Virus record (IMG/VR): IMGVR_UViG_3300025450_000802 | Span: 1 to 53,696 of that record | Source of the DNA: a virus | Taxonomy: Duplodnaviria; Caudoviricetes | Strand: one strand, 5' to 3' | DNA: 53,696 nt | Shown here: positions 40,601 through 47,837 of the stretch, in pieces | Layout: each line of letters opens with the position of its first letter | How positions within the stretch are numbered: position 1 is the stretch's first letter | Notes under the pieces: model-generated | Databases searched by the model: none | The model's input: only the letters and a program-made list of their open reading frames with translations | Told to the model about the DNA's origin: nothing | Position numbers and translations under genes: made by a program

Positions 40601-43600
40601 ACCTGAAGTAAAATGTCCTGCGTCTAATAATATATTTTGTTTTCTATAAACATATACTTTGTTATGTCCTGTATCAGAAATATATAACCAATTTGTATCG
40701 CCTGATAATGCTAATGCACTACCCCAGTTAGATACTCCACCTGGAGCAGAAATACCTGTTTGATAAGGTGTCATTTGATTTGATACTATAGAATTATTAA
40801 TTGCGTAGATGTAAACTGTTGGAGTACCTGTTGGTTGAGATATTACAAATGTTGATCCTTCATTGACCATTGAAGAACCAAATGATGCAGTTTGTGTGAT
40901 TGTCTGCAACAAGTCATATGCACCAGTGATTACATTATAATTGTATTTGTAAATCTTACTTGAGTTAGGATCACCTATCAAGTAAACTTGAAACTCATTG
41001 TTGTAAACTACAGAAGTACCAAATGATAAACTTACGTTTTGATCTTGAGTAATTTCTTCTTGCAATTGGTAGTTGATATTTTTCTGATAAACAGCCCAAC
41101 TACCATCTGTGTTGATATCTGTCCAAACAGTGTTTGGCACAAACTCCGAACTATCTAATGGTAAGTTTACGATGTCAGCAGGTGTTGTAACACGTTGTGA
41201 TGATAAGTACATACCAACACCCTGACCTACTATTTGTGTTTGACTTGCGGTAAGCGTTAATGAGATAACAACTTGATTGTTGTTTACTACGTTAAGAACT
41301 GTGTAATATCCATTAACTGCACTATTAAAGTTCGCAATAGCAAACAAGTCAAATTGTTTTAAACCATGTGCCTGTGTAAATGTTACAGTACTAGTATTGT
41401 CTAAGTTTGATCTTACAAGTACAATTGGACCAAGAGAAATAGCAGTGTAGACATTCCATTGATTCAAGTAATTTGCTAACCAAACATAATCACCTACGTA
41501 GAAATTCTGTAACGGAACTATTACACCATTTTTGTTAATAGCAGTAGGTAGTTGTGAATAGAAATATGCTGACATCTTAACGTCATTAAGATTTACATAA
41601 CCTGCTGTTGGGAATAATGTAGATTCTACATATTCAGTTGTAGGTAAAATGTTAGGATCAGTTGGTAATGAACTATAGTTATATAATGAGTATAAAGGAA
41701 CTTCTTGTTCAACACCATTTGTATATGTACCGTTTGTTAATCCTGCGATAAAAGGATTGCCCATTAATTCACTAGCATTAAGTTTGAATTGTACAAAGTT
41801 ATTGTTTAATACACCACCGTATTTGCTGGTTTGTATTGCCCAGTTTTCATAAACATTGTAATCAATTCCACCTTGCGGTAATGTTGCACCTTTAAATGCG
41901 TCAACAGCATTAGTACTACCTTTAGTTTTAATTAAGTTTTGATAAACATTAATTTGTGTAACATCAGTTAAATCTACTAATGCACTGTAATCTCTTGGTC
42001 TATAACCAATCAAACTATAACTTAATAAGTTAGCATCTGGGTTAAGCGCAGTTTGATCACTACTATAATAACGTGTGCTATCTAATGAATTGGTGCTTGA
42101 GTTAGGCAACAATCCTGTTTGAATTTCTTTATAGTTTGACAACAACCAATATTTTTGTTGGAAAGTTGCACTTGGTTGAACAATATCTTGTGCGATCCAA
42201 TATTGATTTTTATAAAGAACAATTTGCCCTTTAGTGTATTTGGCAGCAGGATCCCATTGTTTAACATTATTTTGATTGATGATAAATCCTGATGCTGTGT
42301 ATGTACCGTTCCACGCAGCAGTTTTAGCACCACGTAGATAAATTCTGTTTTGTCTTAATCCTACTGTCAAGTCATAAATTGTATCACCAAACAATGTATA
42401 ATTGTCAAATACGCAAGCATTTTCAAAGTTGCTTAAGTTAAATTGCCCATAAGCAATTGTATCACCTGCGTTTAATGGTGTTACACTAAAGTGTGTACCA
42501 TCTCTTACAATAGACAAGTCTACATTTTTAATAGGGTATAAGTTTTGATTTAATACAAAGTTGGCACCTTGTACACTTAAAGGTTGTACAATTTGATTTT
42601 CTCTGTCAATTGTTAATTCATAAGCAGCAGGGTTCAATGTAGTTATTGCACCTGGTTGCCATCCTGTTTGTGCCCAGTATAAAAACTCAGCAACCATTTG
42701 TGACCAATTGATTGCAATTGCATTAGTTTGATATTCATATGTTGCACCATTGGCTTCTAAGTAAGCACCATAACTCATTAAGAATTGAGCCAAGTCCTGA
42801 GCAGTTTCAAATACTGTGCCATAAGGAACTATTTCTTCTGTGTTTGTATAATTATTAGCTACCTTAACAGATAGATTATCAATCTTTATTGTACTATTGT
42901 TGCCATCTGTTTTTGGCAAGTATGTTGTAAAATAAGCTGAGTTTTGTGAATTACCGTGTACAGCATATTGATTTTGTGCGGTTAACTGAACAATCACACT
43001 TGAATATTGTAACACACCATATGGTGGGTTGCTGTAAAGTAATACTTGATAGCTTTCATTTGGTATCAACAACGAAGAATTGTTGGCGTTTGGATTTGTA
43101 CTTTGAATATAAAAATTCAATAAGTTTTGATCACTGAAACCTGCTAGTCGGTAAACTAAACGAACATCTAAATTGTTTAATAGTGTTGTGATAGCTGTTG
43201 TAGCATCAATGCCATATTGTTTTTGATAATCAACAATCCAGTTAATATAACTTGTAACTGGTGTTCCACTACCATATACAGGAACTTCATTAGGAACTAA
43301 ATGACTTCTTCCGCCTACTAAGTATTGATTAAATTCTGTGTTGTATTTGTAGTTGTCTACCCAAACACCTAAATTGAAAAATTCTGCTGGTTCAGTTAAT
43401 GCTAAAATGCGCATTAAATCAAATGGCCAGCTACTGCTTCTTCTATAACTGAATTCTACTGGGCCGTCATCGCCAACTACCCAGTCATTATCAAATGAAG
43501 GTGTGTAATAATTTTTAACTACACTGTTAAATGGGCTTACTAAATTACCTTGACTATCAACAGGTAAAACTTTTAATAAACCATCGCGTATTGCTTGAGG

Positions 43601-46600
43601 TATAATTCTAGGATTACCGTCATTGTAATCGTAACCTGCTGCTAAATCTCCCCATAACACTAAGTTGTTACTTGTATAAGGAGCAGCACCATAGCGTGCT
43701 GTCCACCAACTTGGTTCATTAGCATAGCCTAACATTTCCCATGGTGTAGACTCTGGAGTTGTTGTGTCGTAGAAATAACTATAAACACCTCTCCAGTAAC
43801 CAATGTCGATAATAGTATTATCTACTTTGTTAGAAGTACCTTTATAATTCCAAGTATATTGATTGTTAGGATTATAGAATTGTTGTTGATAATTTAATCT
43901 GTTTTGACCAACCCAATTTAAGAAACCAGGTGTGTAAATTTCTAACCATTCATCATATGAGTAATCTGTTGTTCTAAAGAAGCCTGGAGTTACTTCATAT
44001 GCTTGAATTGGAATAGTGTTACTTAACTTAAGGTTATTATAAACACGTTTTTCAAATTCTAATAATGCTTGATCTCTAAAGTCTACAAGTGTATCTGTAG
44101 CCGGTATATAATCGCCATATAACTTGTTATATGAACCATCATGACCTTTAATAAAATATGTTGGTTGTTGATAACCAGTGTCTAATACTACTTCAGGAAT
44201 AAATGCAGGATACAATCCTAATTTAGTAGGAGTGTTTGGAACATATGATCCATAAGTTTGATTGTATTCGTTAATAGTTACAACGTCGCCTGGAATTAAA
44301 TCTATTGTGATTTCTAATGAAGGTGCAGTTGTACTTACTGTATATTCTTGACCTTTAACTAACTGTTTAGTTGTTGTTAATCCATTAACTGTTCTAGCCA
44401 AATATACTAACACACCATTGTAATTTGCTGTAGCAAAATTATAGGTTTGTGTTAATGGATAAATTGTTTGTTGTAAATTACTGTTAAAGGTATATGTATT
44501 AGATGCATATGGAGCTTTAGCAGGAATCATATCACTCCAGAAGAATGATTGACTATTGTCCTTAGTAGCAGTGATAAGATCAATTGCTGTGTTCAACACA
44601 TATGCTGGATCATATCTTTGATCAAATGGGTAACTGTTGACTGTGTAAACAATCAAGTTTTTATATTCAACATATTTTTTGCTGTTATAAGCTAAAGAAT
44701 CAAATATGTTGTAATTTAAGTTACGCAAGAATGTTGCAGGCAATACTAAGCTTGCACTGTTTTGAATAATAACATTGCCATATGGTACTAAGTTACCTAA
44801 ATCACGATAATTGTTTGGACCAAATACTATACCTGTTGTGTTTGGACAATTATTAAAGATGCTTGTATATTGTCTTCTAATATCACCTACGTTTGTTGTG
44901 GTAATATCTGTATTGAATGGGTTATTACTTAAGTTAATAGGTATTGTATAGAATGCAGAATTGCTTACCTGATCACTTAATATTAAAATTTGTACAAGTG
45001 TATTTGTTATTTCATTAGGAATATTAATTGTTACAGTAGTTGAATCACTTGTAGTTGCAACAGTGTAATTTGTAGATGGTTGTAATGTGTTGTTTACATA
45101 TACTTCTAAGATTGGCCAAGGCTCAACACCCGATGCTATTGGGGCAACATCTAATAAGAAACTATTGTTAGGAGTTACATAATTTCTAACATAGTTATAT
45201 TCAAATACTTGATATTGTACACTAGGTCCAATTGCTGTTTGCCAGCCTAATAATCTTTCATATGTTTCCAATCCAGTAGAATTGTAAACAAATCCTGTGT
45301 TTACATTTTCAGTTACGGGAGAAGAACTATTGACATATGTAAATGTGTCTGAGTTGAAAGGTACGTCAAAGCTTATATCGCCGATGTTATTTACTGAACT
45401 ATAGCGTAATGGGAAACCTAATACCGCATCTTTTACACCAGTTCCAACACCATATGAGAATAATTTTGTACCTTTAAATGAAGTGCCTAAATAATAAGCA
45501 GGGTTACCAAAGCTGTTACCATTTGCGTCAAATACATCAAACAACGGAGCTTGGTTGTTTGTTACTTTTTGTTGTGCTTGTATCCAAACAATTGCATTAT
45601 AATAGAAACTATAACCTTGATAATTATACCCTCTGAGTACTACTAACAAATCATTTTCAACTAATTCACCATTTGGTGCTTCACTTAATGTAATAACTGG
45701 TTTAGAACCTGATGTTAATGTTGAAAAACTTACTATGTAAATTTTTGTATTTTGATTTGGGTCATTGGCAAATACTATTCTAGCACCTGAGAACAATGCA
45801 AAATTGTCGTTGCTTGAAGGATTTGCTATAAGTGAAACATTTGATGTAGCAGGGATAGTTGTAGCATTTGCCCATTCTACAGTAATAGTTAATGTTGTAG
45901 TTCCTGCAATTTGTGTAATTTGACTGTTTTGAGGCAATATATTTTGTGAATCATTAATATACATTCCCACTTCAAAAGTACCTGTAACTGCACTTGCATT
46001 TACTGTAACAGTAGTTGAAGTTGCTGATGTTGCTGGATTAATAGTTGCTGTGTATGTTGTGTATACATCAACGTCTGGATAATAAACAAGTTGTCCTGCT
46101 ACATCGTTCAATGCATCAGTTGTTCTAAAATCAATAAAATCAATTGGATTTTTACCAACTGTACCATAATTGAATAGTTGTAAGTTTGGGTAAAATTCTA
46201 TAATTGGTCTTGCTGCTTTATTAGCCTGTGTAGCATATGTAGTAATGATATCTGGATCATTGTTATATTGTGCGGTTGCTGTAATTACGTCAATATGGAA
46301 CCAGCGATTACTGCGTGACCAAGCATTTCTGTTTAATGCTTCTTTGGCAATGGTAATATAATCAGGTGTTACAGGAATATAAAGTGAATCATCATAGTTG
46401 CCTATATCCCATGCTGTAGTATCCCAAGGCGTGTAAATGTTGCCAGTAAATGGTTCTGGGACAATAAAATCAGATACAGGCAATAATTGAATTGCAGTAC
46501 CTACACCTTGAACATAATATTCGCCACTCAAATAACTAGTTGGTATAACATCGCCATTGAATTGTACTTTAAGTCCATTTGTAAATACTACACCATTTGA

Positions 46601-47824
46601 TGATGTAAAATTCTTTTTACCTAAAATTTGTGTTTCAACATCTAATTGATTAGTAATATTATTGTCAATAATATTGATTACACCTACTTTTGTAGGATCT
46701 GTGCCATCTTGATAATAAAGAGTAGTTAATGGTGCTGAAATATAAGGTATCTCAACTATGTTACCATAAGTGTCTAAGTAAAAATTTAATCCGCCGTATG
46801 TGTTACCGTATACTGCTGTAATTTTTTGATTGATTGGTATTTGTCCAGCAACGCTTAAACTAATAATAGGATTATTGCTGTCACCAACATATGTAATTTT
46901 ATAAAAACTTGAAGTATAACCTTGTTCATCGACTACGCCTGTGTCATAGAACATTACGGTTAAGCCATTTAATGATGTTACTCCATCAATGTTTCCTAAA
47001 ACTGATAAAGGTTGACCATTAATGTTAGCATATGGAACATTACTTACAATACTTACTAAATTGTTACCTGGAAGTATATATTGATTTTGTGCGTCTGCGT
47101 TAGGTACGGTGAATACTACTGTACCTGTTTCAGCACCGTTGTTATCTACACCATATACTTGACGAACTGATTGATTAGGATTTGTTGCACTTTTTCCTGA
47201 AACTCCTGGCTCGCCTTGAATCCAAAACTGTGTAGGTTGATTGACATTAAAGTTATATACACCACCTCTTAATAAAGTAAGTGTGGGATTAATACTTCCT
47301 GATTCTGATCCTAATGCAGTGATTTCATAACCAATTGGTTGATCTGTAACTACATAATCTTCTGCTGAATAAACTGTGGCTGCTGATACTGTAACAGCAG
47401 GAGGTCCTTCAGGCAACCAGTAGTATTGGTTAAAGTTAATTAATGGATCTAAATTTGTAAAACTATCCCAGCTATAAAACTGACTGTTAAACAATCTACT
47501 ATTATTGTTTGCTAAACCACCTGCTACATTAATTGAATTTAATATGCCAGGGTAACTGATAAAATCTGTTGCTGTATTGGTACCTGGTTTTGTAAATACA
47601 ACACCTGGGTCTAATTGATAATTTGTACGTGTAGCATCTGGTTCTGTTACATAATAATCGTTAGCATTTACGCCATAGCCAAAACGACTACCTACATAAC
47701 CTTGCAATTGTTGTAAATCTGGTGCGTTGACTAATTGGTCAAGTGTTGCACTCAAAAACTGTTGGTTAGTGGGTGTTTGAAATATCTCGGGCAGAAAATC
47801 TAATGTTCTTATTCTTGTCGCCAT
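28688..47824 (-). CDS. Giant (6378 aa) modular baseplate/adsorption structural protein
   Basis: Uninterrupted 19.1-kb ORF downstream of the gp6-like gene; FG-GAP-like and SxDGxxW propeller motifs, CBM5/12-like motif and many beta-rich repeats. Confidence 0.85.
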   Translation of the reverse strand: MATRIRTLDFLPEIFQTPTNQQFLSATLDQLVNAPDLQQLQGYVGSRFGYGVNANDYYVTEPDATRTNYQLDPGVVFTKPGTNTATDFISYPGILNSINVAGGLANNNSRLFNSQFYSWDSFTNLDPLINFNQYYWLPEGPPAVTVSAATVYSAEDYVVTDQPIGYEITALGSESGSINPTLTLLRGGVYNFNVNQPTQFWIQGEPGVSGKSATNPNQSVRQVYGVDNNGAETGTVVFTVPNADAQNQYILPGNNLVSIVSNVPYANINGQPLSVLGNIDGVTSLNGLTVMFYDTGVVDEQGYTSSFYKITYVGDSNNPIISLSVAGQIPINQKITAVYGNTYGGLNFYLDTYGNIVEIPYISAPLTTLYYQDGTDPTKVGVINIIDNNITNQLDVETQILGKKNFTSSNGVVFTNGLKVQFNGDVIPTSYLSGEYYVQGVGTAIQLLPVSDFIVPEPFTGNIYTPWDTTAWDIGNYDDSLYIPVTPDYITIAKEALNRNAWSRSNRWFHIDVITATAQYNNDPDIITTYATQANKAARPIIEFYPNLQLFNYGTVGKNPIDFIDFRTTDALNDVAGQLVYYPDVDVYTTYTATINPATSATSTTVTVNASAVTGTFEVGMYINDSQNILPQNSQITQIAGTTTLTITVEWANATTIPATSNVSLIANPSSNDNFALFSGARIVFANDPNQNTKIYIVSFSTLTSGSKPVITLSEAPNGELVENDLLVVLRGYNYQGYSFYYNAIVWIQAQQKVTNNQAPLFDVFDANGNSFGNPAYYLGTSFKGTKLFSYGVGTGVKDAVLGFPLRYSSVNNIGDISFDVPFNSDTFTYVNSSSPVTENVNTGFVYNSTGLETYERLLGWQTAIGPSVQYQVFEYNYVRNYVTPNNSFLLDVAPIASGVEPWPILEVYVNNTLQPSTNYTVATTSDSTTVTINIPNEITNTLVQILILSDQVSNSAFYTIPINLSNNPFNTDITTTNVGDIRRQYTSIFNNCPNTTGIVFGPNNYRDLGNLVPYGNVIIQNSASLVLPATFLRNLNYNIFDSLAYNSKKYVEYKNLIVYTVNSYPFDQRYDPAYVLNTAIDLITATKDNSQSFFWSDMIPAKAPYASNTYTFNSNLQQTIYPLTQTYNFATANYNGVLVYLARTVNGLTTTKQLVKGQEYTVSTTAPSLEITIDLIPGDVVTINEYNQTYGSYVPNTPTKLGLYPAFIPEVVLDTGYQQPTYFIKGHDGSYNKLYGDYIPATDTLVDFRDQALLEFEKRVYNNLKLSNTIPIQAYEVTPGFFRTTDYSYDEWLEIYTPGFLNWVGQNRLNYQQQFYNPNNQYTWNYKGTSNKVDNTIIDIGYWRGVYSYFYDTTTPESTPWEMLGYANEPSWWTARYGAAPYTSNNLVLWGDLAAGYDYNDGNPRIIPQAIRDGLLKVLPVDSQGNLVSPFNSVVKNYYTPSFDNDWVVGDDGPVEFSYRRSSSWPFDLMRILALTEPAEFFNLGVWVDNYKYNTEFNQYLVGGRSHLVPNEVPVYGSGTPVTSYINWIVDYQKQYGIDATTAITTLLNNLDVRLVYRLAGFSDQNLLNFYIQSTNPNANNSSLLIPNESYQVLLYSNPPYGVLQYSSVIVQLTAQNQYAVHGNSQNSAYFTTYLPKTDGNNSTIKIDNLSVKVANNYTNTEEIVPYGTVFETAQDLAQFLMSYGAYLEANGATYEYQTNAIAINWSQMVAEFLYWAQTGWQPGAITTLNPAAYELTIDRENQIVQPLSVQGANFVLNQNLYPIKNVDLSIVRDGTHFSVTPLNAGDTIAYGQFNLSNFENACVFDNYTLFGDTIYDLTVGLRQNRIYLRGAKTAAWNGTYTASGFIINQNNVKQWDPAAKYTKGQIVLYKNQYWIAQDIVQPSATFQQKYWLLSNYKEIQTGLLPNSSTNSLDSTRYYSSDQTALNPDANLLSYSLIGYRPRDYSALVDLTDVTQINVYQNLIKTKGSTNAVDAFKGATLPQGGIDYNVYENWAIQTSKYGGVLNNNFVQFKLNASELMGNPFIAGLTNGTYTNGVEQEVPLYSLYNYSSLPTDPNILPTTEYVESTLFPTAGYVNLNDVKMSAYFYSQLPTAINKNGVIVPLQNFYVGDYVWLANYLNQWNVYTAISLGPIVLVRSNLDNTSTVTFTQAHGLKQFDLFAIANFNSAVNGYYTVLNVVNNNQVVISLTLTASQTQIVGQGVGMYLSSQRVTTPADIVNLPLDSSEFVPNTVWTDINTDGSWAVYQKNINYQLQEEITQDQNVSLSFGTSVVYNNEFQVYLIGDPNSSKIYKYNYNVITGAYDLLQTITQTASFGSSMVNEGSTFVISQPTGTPTVYIYAINNSIVSNQMTPYQTGISAPGGVSNWGSALALSGDTNWLYISDTGHNKVYVYRKQNILLDAGHFTSGETYTITSLGTTDFTAIGAVENKVGIVFVATGAGSGTGTATQCTYKYSTVIDGSGFSSSGDNFGYSLATDYYGDTVVIGAPDVASGDISNWGSAYVYERSVQNLVAQYTNTTGYSTFQLAWTPTTTSTSASAVTTGSQIILNSVTGINVNDPVMFTGTSFGSTGLQQYVVYYVNSIVGSNITIKASRNSASAITLTNGSLTAGEAYIQSDPLYVSVNGTTVQDNNYAVVGSKLIYTGSLTAGDIINVSDNIFTNVQTLTTQNTPQVGVQFGLSLDTTTYASEIIVGAPFELTQQLVEGAVYRFTNGGGSYGQVYGTTPVATTAARTLLINGFAVTIPSGANATIAANTINEANIINVQAQATANNTLIISLINNALAQINEKLLVTALNKATFTELGITPYTQTQTVLCPHTDGPTQFGTTVKFNESGSFVASAPVGTRYEDTTFDVVEYPDNDTIFDNNTTQFIDTFPNAGAVYMFDYLGVYNETVYNSGAYVYAQNVNAPNLTYGAQPRYGTALDFIDDTVLIGTPNMSNYDTNAGSFEVGTTYTIVFVGTTDFTLIGAKSNTVGVVFTATGAGAGSGVATDGKLQSYGQVISYSNSTGMQDWSVYRQTAPIVDTSRIGYMQIFSAQTNNTLVNLDYFDPLQNKLLGAVAENLDVISNTDPASYNNGNVTQRALVWGSEHLGNLWFDITNVKFINYHQDDVVYNSTYWGAVFPGSDVAVYSWIASNVPPSNYQGPGTPYDTTLYSVEVTLNASQAAIPTYYFWVRNSNIIFTQQNKTLSDTVLESYISNPINSGISFISPVLPNVFSVYNSQEYLNGTDSVLNIGYATGTTDDEYHTEYALIKENYAEDFLPGLPTLNNINPTLLYQRLLFSLAGTTISSDPTVTTQLVPNPYLPIRVQSGIAARPSQSFFLDRFLALQNYLQYANTVMLQYPITEIREGATYLFESGPYYNTADYWTYVNWWASGYDDSIRSSTVVPYYADLSTLSVAPGTIVKVQTNGAGKSEWYIYETGNIWTRIGLQNGTIQFNSSLWDYASAGFGWGNNFYDTASYDTYPNVETYWIVRALTEQIYTNDLLIYRNQSLILLFQYIQSESVSSQNYLTWLNKTSVVDVSHNIRNLLPIENYESDNQDFLSGYLQEALPYHVFIKEFTYVYTGNELWQGNVSDFDLPAQYNTTIEKFVSPQLVYSNPDNVYTYLPSSPIWQEPEYNQWFNNYGVSLTGQNDFLISTVASYISLGSSTIVVANASGFPLNGVITIGTEQIAYSTVNRATNTLSNLIRGYNGTTISTHLANEKIYIDLPAVLLLNGGRGYINPPRVIAYIDTSIYPAPRTPAVLEAVMSLDTVVGVNVINPGEGYAVLPEILIDFSEQIIFASSSVNVLLNTIQIYAPLLQTGDLVKYIQSLGGTAVGGLENNQWYYVNVLQNAPAVIVALYTTYADAINDTNRVKLYNQGTGSDHTLNLGAKASAISTAVPVRENNITLKFDRTTYNSQVTDWKADAFYGSFFAGDLLNVQQVSSSNILLQSTQPNINTIFASAHGCLFEIVDVGNKQQVEWSSLVRNVGQTISATNAIRLVPYSSDLTNASGSTIGMTVGMPIQFAGAVGVSGLSVGVVYYVAEVLSLTDFTISTTVNGSVLDLADQVIVSSGLTCTVAQVVNTATLTVNYPGIRQVTSTTANVLTNTGYFTVPTSVVGTGGTQGMYVGVPVFFTGNVFGGIIPNQTYYVNTILDNQNFTLSSTTELLTLEVKSTSSSTNYVTLGTTVGLKVNDPIVINNLTINDESVTSFGNILPNVIYYVNEIIDGFNITISTDYNGSVFVLGDVTEADDTYATLINQSNTILLTSGTGSMTMNISLPVSPGQVNGQLFTLYETSSQYPNISNGTISNQLAGTIGATIGSSLNYVAISSSSGTTNFYVNMPLQVGANIGGLTTGTTYYVTSIGTISVIVTATASSTNRLTTSSTSSLFVNMPIVFTGTSLGGISIGQTYFVKSIVDSTHFTISATKGGATFVLTTDNGSMTGTGEPYVTVSTSSGGSAVSLTSVSGPVTFEQVPTSSASFTMSYLAGGYNAIIVNNGSGFALTNTITISGTEVGGLSPANDVTLTVNSIDSNGAILSVIVSGTTPAGTQQQYYLRVTGTNTFEVYSNPLMTVPVSGLDFNYKGFTTGTVTNTTTGSNLLTISNASDFAINDPVIFTGNVPSNIPNITAGVTYYVLTIPSSTTMTISTSPGGSAVTLPTEAVNFTIATYGSFAFLPEPFYFNQSIVRFNNQLYICIVSNNDSEFIYGKWQLLDSSDNRINALDRIVGYYQPTVDMPGISYYQQTSLQTSTPSIDLSQLVSGITYPNSTYLGNPFQPSQQLPITVELQDEPFYPSDINLNGVVYNGLTYIATANISTGAATVTNLTDNTWFVKDLTTSQSGLTSINYNNGLYIVTSTNSATPILRSLDAVTWSSLGYYTANNTTSLNLAGLELYNSTYGNGVYVAVGSSIITSIDGINWKETYTFSGTLTNILYGVTYVNIPAFKGFVAVGQGQRYDVSTGFREIVATDIILISYDGTNWTQVNPFSNSLNQPTSITYSGLYGVDASTSTIVAVGQNGAIYTSVNGSTWFGITETNVFGATNNNLNVGSTIGLTLNQPIRFSASFNVISAGTTYYVKSIVNSSQITISITSGGSVLTLNTNSPTTLTMLYAYPQTSDLNTVRYLNGNFVAIGANGLIRTSTDGINWTTQTSGTTENLDDVTYHAGTYTIVGYNNTILQSTNLTSWTDTATFTVAPAVYDVQGSAFTDGFGPEELVPGVVSDNLSMIVNTLPGTNWNPAEYAHNGYNVVSLELSPTSVSQTVYSFDNAVQTPAQIAVYTISYTTNLCTAIYNDIGYTVDWINNTITLTTPLSYSPSDKLRIDVYEVGNGFELVKSNTKVNPIVNNFNSGFDEIELDCNYSGTITNGNGVVRPGTQPIQTDAVATVSSTNSIIVTDASKFVLNGSVFFEGTTFGNIVENQEYYVKSISQVSDSITVSASLINGVAGATVVLTDAVGSMTCIIESGNGVFWSPPIVLHNGTKLVPGTINFATATSSATNQILCNSTSGLVANTPITFSNTMFGGITPLTTYYIKQIVDFNNFTISTTPNGQTVQLTDAVGGASFITSDYAVALAANGISAKLVFAAPYDTSVDYLTYTLFGETQPVQYGYTLPETQVYIGNGAQSSFTLSNYIGEANPTNAIVEVNGLRQTSSQYAIDDIAKTIVFTTPPANGETVAVTSYNLTDNQYLNTQYGISGSTLSQSVTVVVSATTHTVVSYDEGGTTGYSTDLYDELLNYLTLDTGYTTSEFTVGQVIVFSSPVIGGLVAGASYYITQIINSTDFVISTEAGGSPVTVTTDSGLMTGTINGITVADIISINNTITAPTVTTATATASTGNLITCSSTSGFVAGQPVQFSSTIIPVTSMSNGDTYQIISIGTTDFTALGAASNTVGITFIYNGSAASGTGTVLLATFGNIDLLGETYFVKTIASGTTFTIADENGNTIGLSNASGDVVVTEGGNTSVTITTGIPHGLQTNVIVRIDGTTGSTQLNNNTYYAKVISTTQFAIYTQPYSPAYNATNYPVTNISSYTGGGYVWRDGLFTIIDTVATATATDGKITAGSALGLIVGTPVYFTETGVTLGSTLLGGLIAGQEYYVSEILSETEFYVSATQFGSNLALTSGTGSINVTQWQQTNVDRLWVTVNGYRLPSSSLRINPGNDVSILTTIVPGDEVIITSMMPSATPNQMTYYMNVNQVQVPTVYNANMAKTWLTRALGDLDTTIYVNDVTQITETIVQNVTAPSAVNGIINIGLTVDKRTLTNVSVYNNTTGQTLPSSDYYVQVIDLAPTLEITAGVSTGDSLTIISLQGNLIYVNGEQIMFGSVNFTDNTISQLTRGANGTGTQTFIPAFTQVLGLLSTNQLSNIYYNVTWNPIPGIYNTTEGDPLQLAQTAPANFLNTGQ
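29520..40140 (-). repeat. About 14 degenerate protein-level repeats (GGL..G.TYYV..I...T.FTIS.T..G...L)
   Basis: Examples: FGGITPLTTYYIKQIVDFNNFTISTT, LGGISIGQTYFVKSIVDSTHFTISAT, IGGLVAGASYYITQIINSTDFVIST. Boundaries approximate. Confidence 0.8.
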
Positions 47825-47829
47825 GTATG

Positions 47830-47836
47830 TATTTAA
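47830..47836 (-). promoter_or_regulatory. Late-promoter-like TTAAATA box, 5 nt before ATG
   Basis: TAG-G-TTAAATA-CATAC-ATG; no SD in the 13-nt gap. Confidence 0.55.
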
Positions 47837-47837
47837 C

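Noticed and set aside
28688-47824. CRISPR array, DGR template/variable repeats or exact DNA tandem repeats
   Set aside because: Repeats are degenerate and protein-level; no reverse transcriptase, cas gene or regularly spaced identical repeats were seen by eye.
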